Shown one piece after another: positions 1-10,032 of a stretch of DNA of 64,000 bases. Source of the stretch: an uncultured Nitrososphaerales archaeon. Lineage in GTDB: Archaea > Thermoproteota > Nitrososphaeria > Nitrososphaerales > Nitrososphaeraceae. The notes under the pieces were generated by a model that was given only the letters and a program-made list of their open reading frames with translations, searched no databases and was not told the origin of the DNA. How positions within the stretch are numbered: position 1 is the stretch's first letter; each line of letters starts with the position of its first letter. The stretch spans positions 128,001-192,000 of the forward strand of contig CAVQMO010000010.1 in NCBI GenBank assembly GCA_963713605.1. Reading direction: 5' to 3'. Both the position numbers and the translations under genes were made by a program.

Positions 1-1312
1 TCATCATTATCATATCTATTAAAAGAGCTGCCGTCCACGAAAAGTTCTTACCTCCGAGGCCTGCTCCTGTAGTAGGGTCATAATACTCTCTGAATCCCTG
101 ATCTGCCACAAGTCTGCATATCCCTTGCCGTATACGTTCTGCCCTATCAATAAATCCATATCGCAATAGGCCTAACCTTAGAGCCCAATTTGTGTTGATC
201 CAGATCGGCCCTCTCCAATAAGTAACTGGCTTGAAGTATGATTCATTTTCATCGGTGCTAGCGATAGTATCATACTCAGCGCAGAAATCAGCATTACTTA
301 TCCATTTTACTATTGACTCAGCATCTTGATTTGATATTAGACCTGTATAGATAGGTGAAAGAGATGAAACAGTTCTTTTGATTATCCGATCACTAATTAC
401 AATATCATAGTCATAAAAGAGACCATCAGACACATTGGATTTTCCATCTAATGGCATTGTAAAGTATTTGTAAAAATTCTGTTCTGTCCTTGATATCCAT
501 TCCGAAATCTCTTGTGAATTTTCTCCTAATATGTTTGCAATATGTACGAGAATCTTGTTGGCAACGTATAGCATGCCACTAAATGATACATCCTTGATCT
601 TGAAAGGGAACTTTTTGTACATCTCTCTCTCATCGTAATTATACATCTTCATCAAATCTATAAGAAAGATGAATTTATTATATTCCGCATCCGAAGGAAT
701 AGTATCTATTGCACCGTCTACAGCTATGACATCCAGCCTTTCGAATTTTGAAAGCTTGGTAATGCTCACTCTTGCCAATGCATCATCCCAAATAGGAGAA
801 TCATCACGGCCTGATTCCCATGGGTGAAAAATTGTCACCAAGCCTGACTTTTCGGGATCACGTTCAGTCATAAGGTATCTGTGAAATTTCAAGAGGTTTG
901 GATAGACTTTTGCCAAGAACTCTTTAGTTTTTGTTTTATCTTTACTGTTGTAATGAATATAGAAACATGCGAGAGCATGCACGGGGGGCTGAGTCATTCC
1001 GGATGTCCCAATATGCATTGGTGCATTAGGAGAACGCGTAATCTCATAATATTCAGCAGTGGGGAAATAAGTTTTTTCCTTCTCATTAAATACTATATGA
1101 GGGATCATCCCGTTCTTCCACTGAGCATCTAATAAATATTCAAGTTCCTTCATTGCCCGATCTGTATCAAAGTATGAGTTCCCAATTGCGATAAAGCATG
1201 AATCCCAACTCCATTGATGAGGGTATAATGTTGCAGAGGGTATCGTAAATTTACCAGTCCAATTGCCATCTAGTACTTTTTTTGCAGCTTCTACAAGCTC
1301 TGACGCATCCAA
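1..1312 (-). CDS. GH63/MGH1-like glycoside hydrolase (glucosyl-/mannosylglycerate hydrolase-like), runs off the left edge of the window
   Basis: Not in ORF track. Manual translation from TTG at 1312: MDASELVEAAKKVLDGNWTGKFTIPSATLYPHQWSWDSCFIAIG ... YWRGPIWINTNW ... GFREYYDPTTGAGLGGKNFSWTAAL. Both ends are in the same frame. Confidence 0.85.
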   Translation of the reverse strand, partial: MDASELVEAAKKVLDGNWTGKFTIPSATLYPHQWSWDSCFIAIGNSYFDTDRAMKELEYLLDAQWKNGMIPHIVFNEKEKTYFPTAEYYEITRSPNAPMHIGTSGMTQPPVHALACFYIHYNSKDKTKTKEFLAKVYPNLLKFHRYLMTERDPEKSGLVTIFHPWESGRDDSPIWDDALARVSITKLSKFERLDVIAVDGAIDTIPSDAEYNKFIFLIDLMKMYNYDEREMYKKFPFKIKDVSFSGMLYVANKILVHIANILGENSQEISEWISRTEQNFYKYFTMPLDGKSNVSDGLFYDYDIVISDRIIKRTVSSLSPIYTGLISNQDAESIVKWISNADFCAEYDTIASTDENESYFKPVTYWRGPIWINTNWALRLGLLRYGFIDRAERIRQGICRLVADQGFREYYDPTTGAGLGGKNFSWTAALLIDMIMM

Positions 1313-1506
1313 CGGGTACCACGTATTAACCTTGCTTAAAATGTTTTATCTAAATTGATAAGGGGAGATCTTACAACCAAAATATCTAAGGATATTGATC
1401 TGTAGAAGTCATGAACAGAGGAATCATCAATTTATTTTTGATTGATTTGATCGAATCATGACATACTATATATTAAAAGGGCCATAAATTATATTCAGAC
1501 TAGATA

Positions 1507-2223
1507 ATGGAGTTGTTTCATTTTTACGATTTCATAATTGTTATAGTTTTCATACTACTTGTTGTATTATCACTCAATGAAATAGTACTTGGACAACTGG
1601 AAAGAGATCTGGGCAATCACATGATTTTAGAACATACCCTATTCTTTTCTATTGGTTCACTGTCAGTATGTGTTGCCGAACGCATTCTGAAGTTCATGGT
1701 AAGCAATGAAAGGAATTCTTTTATCAGCAGCAAATCGAAAATCCAGCGTCCTCCTTCGAGAGCAACCGAGAATGCAATCCAGTATTAGAAAGCAACTCTG
1801 CGAACGATCTTCAAATTAAATACACATCCGTGGAGCTGGATAGCTATTGCTGGCTCTCTCATTTTTGTATGGCATATACCTCAAATTTTTGACTATGCCT
1901 CGACTCATGATTATGTCCATTTTATACAACACCTCTCATTTATCATGGTCGGAGCGGCCACGTTTATGATAATAAGACTTCTCGGAGAATCATTTAACCT
2001 GTTTCTAATATTTTCACTTATCGGGATGATGGGTTTTAGTGGATTAATCCTGGTTATTTCAGACAATCCCATTTACCAGGTGTACTCTATAAGAAGCCAT
2101 CATAATGCGGGTATTTACATGATCATATCCTTTATCATACTTTTACTAGTGATCATGCCCACTTATTTGATTCGACGCACCATGTTTCACATAAATACTT
2201 CTACGTCTGGTGGCGATGAATGA
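1507..2223 (+). pseudogene. DUF1404/CtaG-like membrane protein (Cu-assembly-factor-like) interrupted by in-frame TAG at 1786-1788
   Basis: ORFs 1507-1788 and 1945-2223 share a frame. Reading through gives HMILEH...WHIPQIFDYAS...HFIQHLSF, His motifs typical of CtaG/DUF1404. Confidence 0.7.
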
Positions 2224-2243
2224 TACTTGCTAATGAAATATTA

Positions 2244-2256
2244 AGAAAGTTATATG
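2244..2256 (+). promoter_or_regulatory. Archaeal BRE/TATA upstream of Rieske gene
   Basis: AGAAAGTTATATG about 30 nt upstream of ATG 2285. Confidence 0.45.
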
Positions 2257-2284
2257 TACAAGTGTTGCAAAGTAGACGAAGGGT

Positions 2285-2593
2285 ATGGCAAAGATTAACG
2301 TAGGAAATGTTTCTGAAATTCCAGAAGGGAAAATGACACACGTTGTAGCTGGCGATAAAGATATTCTAGTAGCAAATGTTCAAGGAAAGTATTATGCAAC
2401 AAGCAATACTTGTCCCCATCAAGGAGCAGAGCTTCATGAGGGCGAGCTTAATGGTAGCGAGCTAACATGTCCATGGCACGGCTCGAAGTGGGAGGTTACA
2501 ACAGGAAATTTGAACTGGTTTCCTCAGAAACTAGAGCCGCTAGGATCATACAGGGTTACAGTAGAAAATGATTTTATCTATGTAGAAGTCTAA
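2285..2593 (+). CDS. Rieske [2Fe-2S] ferredoxin
   Basis: CPHQG...CPWHG Rieske ligands, 102 aa. Confidence 0.92.
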   Translation: MAKINVGNVSEIPEGKMTHVVAGDKDILVANVQGKYYATSNTCPHQGAELHEGELNGSELTCPWHGSKWEVTTGNLNWFPQKLEPLGSYRVTVENDFIYVEV

Positions 2594-2698
2594 GTTTCCC
2601 ATTTAGATTTTATTAATGAGCAAGCAAATGAGAGCTATTGTGGATTTGAGATATTAGCATGGATGATGTGGTTATGATTAGGCTAGTGATATCACATA

Positions 2699-3517
2699 TT
2701 GACGAGGAATGGTAAAGTAAACGTGTCTATTAGACCATCAAAGTTTCAACTAAAATTGTTAGAGATAACGTCACATCCAGGTACTGATATAATGTCATTT
2801 AAACTAGGCCGTAATGATATTCAACAGGCGAATCATTATTTGGATTATAAACCTGGACAGTATGCCGCTATGGATCTTGAAACTAAGGAGGATGCAGAGG
2901 GACCTGTGCGGTCCTTTACGATTGCTTCATCTCCGACGGAGGAGGAATTCATCTTGATTAGTACAAGGATAAGGGATACGCCGTTCAAAAAGAAGCTTGC
3001 AAATTTAGAAATTGGGACTCCAATTAAGATTACAGCTCCAGTAGGGCGCTTCGTACTACCTGAGGACGACAATTCTAAATGTGTTGTATTTTTGTCCGGT
3101 AGTATAGGAGTTACTCCGTTTAGAAGTATGGTAAAATATGCGACGGACAATCGCTTACCAATAAGAATTGTAATGTTTGATTCGAACAGAAATGAGGAAA
3201 ATATCCTTTATAGAACAGATTTTGATCAATGTGTAAGAGCAAATAACAATCTAAAGATCATCTATACAATAGCGGGTGAAGGACAGGAAGAATCTTCTTC
3301 AAACATTGCTACGGCGGCAGGAGATGATTGGAAAGGCGAAATTGGTTTCATAAATAGGGAAATGCTATTTAAATATGTGACCAGCAATGAATTTGAGGAT
3401 TCAATATTCTTCATTTGTGGACCGCCTAGTATGCTAAAAGCGATGCAAAGGTTGTTACAAGATGATTTACGAATTCCAGATGAAAGAATAAAGATTGAAG
3501 AGTTTACTGGGTACTAG
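2699..3517 (+). CDS. FAD/NAD(P)-dependent ferredoxin reductase (FNR-like)
   Basis: RSFTIASSP FAD motif, SGSIGVTPF, FICGPP, C-terminal EEFTGY. Confidence 0.9.
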   Translation: MTRNGKVNVSIRPSKFQLKLLEITSHPGTDIMSFKLGRNDIQQANHYLDYKPGQYAAMDLETKEDAEGPVRSFTIASSPTEEEFILISTRIRDTPFKKKLANLEIGTPIKITAPVGRFVLPEDDNSKCVVFLSGSIGVTPFRSMVKYATDNRLPIRIVMFDSNRNEENILYRTDFDQCVRANNNLKIIYTIAGEGQEESSSNIATAAGDDWKGEIGFINREMLFKYVTSNEFEDSIFFICGPPSMLKAMQRLLQDDLRIPDERIKIEEFTGY

Positions 3518-3794
3518 CATATTATACTAGCATACTATTTGCTCCTTTTTCAAATGACCGCTGTTTGCGGTGAGTTAAGTCAAATCTTGGTTTACACTTG
3601 TAAGTTTTTATAGTGCCATTTTTGGATATATGCCAGTATTGCATAAAATACTAATGTTGTGAAATACCCTGAAACGACCACAATAATAAGGGCTTTGATT
3701 CGACTCATTTTTAGTCAAATGTATCTACCACATTTCTTATTGTTTTGAACATGTTCGCAAACAACTTCTAAATGTTGAGGGAGGTTTTCGATAT

Positions 3795-4692
3795 TTATTT
3801 ATTCAAGAACGTAGACATCATTTTCTGTCTGTCTTCATGAGCAAAACATAAAGCCCATCCATAAATCTCTAACCGTAACCCTGTATCTAGATCTGTGTCC
3901 AGTGCCTTGTTAATCAGCGTCTTGCTTACCTTAATAGCTGTAAAGCCATTCTTTGTAATTTCCTTGGCAAGGGTAATACACTCATTTATCAATTTTCTAT
4001 TGAGAATCTTTGCTATTTCAGCTGCACGTTCCTTCCCTTTCTTGGGATCTGACTTATCATCTACTTCTGGAGGTAATTGATCTTCATCACCCAAGCTTAC
4101 TACTTTGTTAACCAAGCCAATTTCATATGCCTCTTGTGCAGAAATCATCTTTCCAGTAAAGATTAGTTCTTTAGCCTTCGCCGGTCCCACCAATCTTACT
4201 AGACGCTGAGTACCTCCCCAACCTGGTGGTATGCCTATTCGTACTTCCGTCTGACCAAGCTTTGCATTGCTTGAGGCAATGATAAAATCACATGCCATTG
4301 CCAATTCACACCCTCCCCCTAAAGCGAACCCGTTGACAGCCGCTATGACAGGTTTGTCAAGTTGTTCAATTCTGTTAAGTAGTGAGTGCACTCGTGAGGC
4401 ATAATTTTGAGCTTCGATAGGACTAATATTGACTACATAGGTAACATCAGCACCTGCACAAAATGATCTCTCGCCAGAACCCGTAACAATAACAATTTTT
4501 ATATCATCATCTGCTGCCTCCAATAGAGAAAGCACTCTCCAATTCCTTCATGGTTTCTCTATTCAATGCATTTAGTACCTCTGGTCTATGAATTCTAAAA
4601 ATCACAATACTTTGTTCCTTTTGTATAGTGATGTATCTCAAGTGCTGATCCGCATCTCTATCTCTTCCTTCATCCAGTCCAAAGCTAGTCAT
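3795..4692 (-). CDS. Enoyl-CoA hydratase/crotonase (3-hydroxypropionyl-CoA dehydratase/crotonyl-CoA hydratase-like); frameshift near 4520
   Basis: IHRPEVLNALN in ORF 4507-4692 continues into FCAGAD, GFALGGGCELA, GIPPGWGGTQRL in ORF 3795-4535. Confidence 0.88.
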
Positions 4693-5728
4693 ATTATGAT
4701 AGGTTACCGTGGTAATTCTTTATCATAATATTTAATTGTTGTACAAGCAAGACAACAAATAGAATCGTTTGAAATTAGTTTTGGTATTGAGGTAAGATTC
4801 GCTGCATTCCATAATAATCCCAACTATGAACTTATGATGAGCTCCATTTGACAATAGTAAAATCCATCGCCATTTGGAGATGGATCAAGTCAATAAAATT
4901 GTCAATAAACAAGAGCTTACTAGACATACGCCGACACATGCCTATCATTCCTTTTAATTGTATCATGTAATCCAGAGGATTGTGCCCGACGACGGATAAC
5001 CCAGAGCCGTTTTCAAATTTTATACAATATCTTCTAGATCGAGAGAGTCAGGCATACAGCATATGCCGATCAATTGAAGACATGTCTGACAGGAAATGGA
5101 TAAGTCTTTTTCAGAGCGCAAAGCTAAGCTTTGCGCCTCACTATTCTTGAAGGTGCATTATTCATCTGTAATAGTATTACTGGAAGAAATTATACATGAA
5201 CAAGTAGCTACAGTGCAGCGAAAGTACTTTGGAGTTGTCAGATCTAGTTGATATGATTTCTGTGTGGTAGGCGTACGAATGGAGGCATTTGGAGCAGAAG
5301 CGCTGGGAATACAATCATTAGCTGTGTGGACTGTATTATATATATGTGGTACTGCATTTCATAAGCAGTAACAATAATTATTCAAAAAACCAGAATGTGG
5401 AAACTATATTTAGACAAAAGAAACCGTCCGCCCTTGGATAGTCCAGGATCAGTTTAACGGTCACCTGTAATTTTTGACTGTTGCCAGCCATAAGATGCGC
5501 CAAATGATCACGTATGAAAAACCAAAAAGAACACATGTAAATAAACCCTTTGTTATGAAAGTGACTTATAAAGAGTAATTATATAGAATGTACAAGTTCT
5601 CATTACGCCAGGTTGATCTCCCACGATTTCAGAATATCTGATCAAACTCGGGCCATAATTATAACTAAATTCTCAGAACATGTTAAATTACATAAAAGGT
5701 TAAAGGTTCTGCTACGTAGCCATACTCT

Positions 5729-7129
5729 ATGGATAATAATGGAATATATAGCGAGATCAAAAATTTTGCATTGGCGACCGATCTTTATCAAATAATAATG
5801 GCTGCAGCGTATTATTCAAGTCCCTATCATAGAAAAAGGAAAACTATAGGGATTTTTGAAATGTTTCTAAGGAAACTGCCGAAGAACAGATCTTTTATAG
5901 TAGTTGCAGGAGTTGAGCAAGTAGTACAGTATGTCTTGAATTTACGTTATGATGACAACCAAATTGCATACTTACAATCTTTAGAAGTGTTTAAGGATGT
6001 AAATAAGGGATTTTTTGTTTATCTGCGACGATTCAAGTTTAGCGGATCATTATGGTCGGTACCCGAAGGTACAGTATTATTTCCCAATGAACCAATCATG
6101 AGGATAGAAGCTCCGATCATTGAAGCACAGCTATTGGAAACTTGCATTTTATCGATAATTAATTTTCAGAGTTTGATTGCCACTAAAGCAGCTAGAATTG
6201 TATCAACAGCTAGCCACAAACCAATTGTAGAATTTGGCTCAAGAAGAGCACATGGACCACAAGCGGGCGTTCTTGCAGCTAGAGGGGCATTCATCGGTGG
6301 CTGTGTTGGAACTTCCAATACACTTGCTGGAAAGGCCTTTGGCATACCGGTATTTGGTACTATGGCTCATTCTTTTATTTTAAGTCATGAGAATGAACTT
6401 GATGCCCTTAGAGAATTCAACAATATGTTTCCGACTGGATTTCTACTTGTTGACACTTACGATACGTTGAACGCGGTCAATAGACTGCTAAGAGCAGGAA
6501 TTAGACCTTATGGCGTCCGACTTGATAGTGGAGATCTCTGCATGCTCAGTATAGAGACAAGAAGATTACTAGACGATGCAGGATGTAAAGACACAAAAAT
6601 TATGGTTAGCGGAGACCTAAACGAGCATTCCATTTCTAAACTCCTAGCGAATGGCGCTCCGATAGATTGTTTTGGAGTTGGCACGGAGCTGAGCACCTCC
6701 CGGGATAGTCCTACAATGAATGGTATATACAAATTGGTTGGAGTTAAGGTCCGCAATCCTGACAACAATAGTGGTAAATACGAAATATTGTACAAATCAA
6801 AGACTAGCGTGGACAAAGAAACATACCCAGGACCTAAGCAGGTAGCTAGATTCATTAAAGATAATGTTTTAGAAAAGGATTGCTTAATCTTAGAGAACGA
6901 AAAGCCCCCTGACAAATGTATTTTGTTACTAAAAAAGTATCTGGAGGATGGTAACAAAATAATTGAAATGCCGTCGATATCTGAGATACAGAATTACTCT
7001 TCGAAACAACTAGAACTCCTTCCAACAGCCTTGAAATCCCTGGATGAAAAACCAGTTTTATTTCCTGTTGTGCTAAGCCAAATACTAGAGTCACTAGGTT
7101 ATCCACGTGATCCATCAACTTTCAGCTAA
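5729..7129 (+). CDS. pncB: Nicotinate phosphoribosyltransferase
   Basis: TDLYQ, EFGSRRAH, GTMAHSF (phospho-His), LVDTYD, GVRLDSGD, FGVGT, YKLV. Confidence 0.95.
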   Translation: MDNNGIYSEIKNFALATDLYQIIMAAAYYSSPYHRKRKTIGIFEMFLRKLPKNRSFIVVAGVEQVVQYVLNLRYDDNQIAYLQSLEVFKDVNKGFFVYLRRFKFSGSLWSVPEGTVLFPNEPIMRIEAPIIEAQLLETCILSIINFQSLIATKAARIVSTASHKPIVEFGSRRAHGPQAGVLAARGAFIGGCVGTSNTLAGKAFGIPVFGTMAHSFILSHENELDALREFNNMFPTGFLLVDTYDTLNAVNRLLRAGIRPYGVRLDSGDLCMLSIETRRLLDDAGCKDTKIMVSGDLNEHSISKLLANGAPIDCFGVGTELSTSRDSPTMNGIYKLVGVKVRNPDNNSGKYEILYKSKTSVDKETYPGPKQVARFIKDNVLEKDCLILENEKPPDKCILLLKKYLEDGNKIIEMPSISEIQNYSSKQLELLPTALKSLDEKPVLFPVVLSQILESLGYPRDPSTFS

Positions 7130-7487
7130 TTACATAAGCTTATGTAATGTAGAAAAAAACTATGTGTAGTGACCTTGATTTATTTCTCGATCGGTCTTAA
7201 TAGACGACTAAAGTACACATAGATACAACCTTTTTATTTCTGCTAATGGAGTTATTGCAACCTCAGGTACCATTTTCATCTATCATGACTTTCAGATTCT
7301 TATTATATCTTTCTTGCAAACTAGGGAGTAGATAGTTTTGATAGAAGAGAGATTCTACCCCCAATAACGAATATGAAAAACTTCCCTATGTATGCTAAAT
7401 ATAAGGAGCGGATTTGAGTGAGTGAGAGGAATTTCGGCACTCTCAAGAGACACAGGAACTAGAGGAGGGTAAACTTCTACTGGAACC

Positions 7488-7694
7488 TATATATGTAGTA
7501 GGACTAAACCGTCAATGTCATTAGGATAACAAAAAGATTGACCTTCTTTCGGGTACTTTCACTCCAACAATTGCGTCCTTACAACTTGGGCAAATCTGAT
7601 AGTAAACGTATATTTGTTTATTGTCCTTGTTCAGGCCTATTGGGAAGTTCCACATTTGAGGGTGAAAACTGATCTTACAACTTGGACATTTCAT
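7488..7694 (-). CDS. Small zinc-ribbon protein (CPSC...CPSC); probable frameshift near 7552
   Basis: MKCPSCKISFHPQ...YQICPSCKDAIVGVKVP. Removing one C after GTAC extends it to KEGQSFCYPNDIDGLVLLHI*. End coordinate is inferred. Confidence 0.55.
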
Positions 7695-7776
7695 GGAAGT
7701 ACATATAGCAAATCGCATATATAATATATGAAGCGCCTATAGTGGCAGTGGCAGTTTAGTTAATAACCAGACAGAA

Positions 7777-8296
7777 GATAGACGACCATTATAGAATAGT
7801 GCCAATAGATATATGGCCGTCTACCCTGGATTTTGCTATCGGTTTGTATTATCGTTATTCAAAACTAAAAGTCTTTTGGTATAATAAAAAGGTAGGACGA
7901 CCATACTTATTGAGACAAGAACATGGCCGCGCTATCTTCGGATATTGCTTTCAGACGGTATAGAATATAATGACCATTCGGGGTAAAAGTTTTTTGGTAT
8001 AATAAAAAGGTAGAACAACCGAGGTTGACCCGATATCTGATTGCCTACCCTTTGCGCGACATATTATAAAAAACAGACAATTAGAAAAGGTAGCGCGCGG
8101 CCGAGAATTTGTCCAATTGAAAGGAAAGGACTGGCCGCCACTACCAAACCATGCCGATTTACGATATGCTCACATTTCATATTATATTATTATATAATAG
8201 GCATTATGGAACTTAGTTACTTGGTCTTCTAAATTTGGAAAATCTGATAAAGTAGACGACCAATAACCGACATGTCAGACGCATTGATCGCCTACT
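7777..8296 (-). ncRNA. Array of five related hairpins (GGTAG..GGCC / GGTC..CTACC arms, variable 18-30 nt loops); candidate small-RNA array
   Basis: Inverted arms at 7777-7825, 7889-7938, 8009-8049, 8089-8145, 8251-8296. Most plus-strand mismatches are A.C (G.U on minus). A 30-nt direct repeat (29/30) lies at 7866-7895 and 7984-8013. Confidence 0.6.
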
Positions 8297-8365
8297 GCCA
8301 GTTGGTTCTTTAAGAGTGATTTAAAGGCCTCAACTGCCCGACAGAGGTATTAAACTACATAATAT

Positions 8366-8406
8366 AAAAAAGATCTAAGGAACCGACCTGCAAAAAAGGT
8401 GGGTTC
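8366..8406 (-). terminator. Hairpin plus T-tract downstream of the secreted-protein gene
   Basis: GAACCGACCT (8380-8389) / AGGTGGGTTC (8397-8406), then a T6 run on the minus strand, just past the stop at 8425. Confidence 0.5.
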
Positions 8407-8424
8407 ATCTTGACTGTCACCCAA

Positions 8425-9382
8425 CTATTGGGTGACCAACTGTGCTGGAAGGTTCTCGACTACATAATGCAGATCAGCAGTTTCTCCGGGAGCAACATCA
8501 CAAAGGAATACGAATCCCCCAGTATTGGCGTCTGCTACCTGGCAACCTTGACCTTGGTTAGTAGGGAATACACGCGCAGTTACATAAGTGGTATCTCTAC
8601 CACTGACGGCTGGTTCTGATATTTGAAAGGATACATCCACTCCATCAGGATCCCATCCTACTGCATGTCCGACAGCATCGTCAAACACAGTGACTCTCTT
8701 CATAAAACTCTTGGCCGGTTTTGTAGAGGTTATACTCTTATCTGCAATAGCATTAACGCCTACCTGTTTCATTGTATAAGCCGTAGATTGTGTAGGACCA
8801 TCAATAATAGTATTAGCGGCATTTCTAGTTGTAACTGTTACCTTGTAGTTTGCACTGGGATTTAATGGATTATTGATATTGGAGAATTCTAGCCTTATCT
8901 TTGTACTAGCATGTATATTCACGGCATTAGTAACAGTATATGTGAGCGTTTGACCAGATTTGCTAACTGTACCTACACCTATTCCCTGGGCTTCATTGAA
9001 ACTAGCACTGGAAGGTACCGTGGTGCCTGCTGGAAGAGTTACCTGTATTTTTTTTATCGCACCTGAAGATGCTGTTAGAAATACAACATCATAGAAGGAA
9101 TTAGTATTAACAATGTTATTGGTAGGTCTTGCTGTAACAGAAGAAAGTGCTCCTTGGGTGGTGAAATCCCCCTCTTTTCCATCTTGACCTATTGTTGAAG
9201 GTGCAGACGGAATTGTATTAATGGTAGGAAGGGGTTCTACTGAAGCCGTCGTTGCCAATGCTGAATTAATAATGATGATAGGCGAAGATACAGATCATAA
9301 GTGCAGTAATCAATAGTAACCCAAGTCCTGGCCCTGAGTTAGCCAGTTGCTCGGACAATTTTCCTGACGAGAACAGTTTCAT
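8425..9382 (-). CDS. Secreted/cell-surface beta-rich protein; frameshift in signal-peptide region near 9295
   Basis: MKLFSSG...GLGLLLITALM joins SVSSPIIIINSALATT to the 277-aa Thr/Ser/Asn-rich ORF. Confidence 0.65.
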
Positions 9383-10032
9383 CACGTGCTACGGGTTAAA
9401 TTTGGCTAATTCAACTTATCTACGGTTAGAAGACTGACTTGCTTGTACCTTCAATAGAGTCAAGAAATTGACTAAACCGTGTCTGTTTTAACAATATCGC
9501 ATTTCATACCATATTTCTGTAGACGAGCTGTTAGCATTATCATAACGCTTAGTACTGCTCTACACTAGGTTTAAGTTAATAAGATTTATGATAATACAGT
9601 TTATGTAAGAAGGTAATAAAGTTCCTATTTTCATGGGAAACAAGATAGTCGTTGATTAAGACATGGCTACATTTAACTTGTAACATTAAGTATAAGCAAG
9701 TTTACAAAGATAGAGACACTACAAACTTCGATCCTTTTCCCCCTCAAAAATACCATTACGATCTAGGTTTACTGAAGGCAATGCTCGATAACCACTTGGA
9801 AATTACAACGTATTTAATAATGATAAGTCGAACATACATATACATCCTTAGAGCATGTGATAATAATACCTTCAGTTATCCCTTTTTATTGTTATAGAAT
9901 ATAATCCGTGAAAAACTCTTATCACACTTTGCCGCGTCTCTGTCTTGCTCGATGGATTAAGCAAGGGATGCTCAATTGATTGTGCCGATGCAGCTATGAC
10001 CCTAGGACACTACAACTGCTTCAGCTGAACAG

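Noticed and set aside
7777..8296. CRISPR array interpretation of the hairpin array
   Set aside because: Units are inverted arms enclosing the variable part, spacing is irregular (114, 118, 80, about 160 nt), the arms are degenerate, and no cas genes are in the window.
7777..8296. Integron attC cassette array
   Set aside because: No RYYYAAC/GTTRRRY boxes, no cassette ORFs between sites and no integrase in the window. Only the strand-biased G.T pairing is similar.
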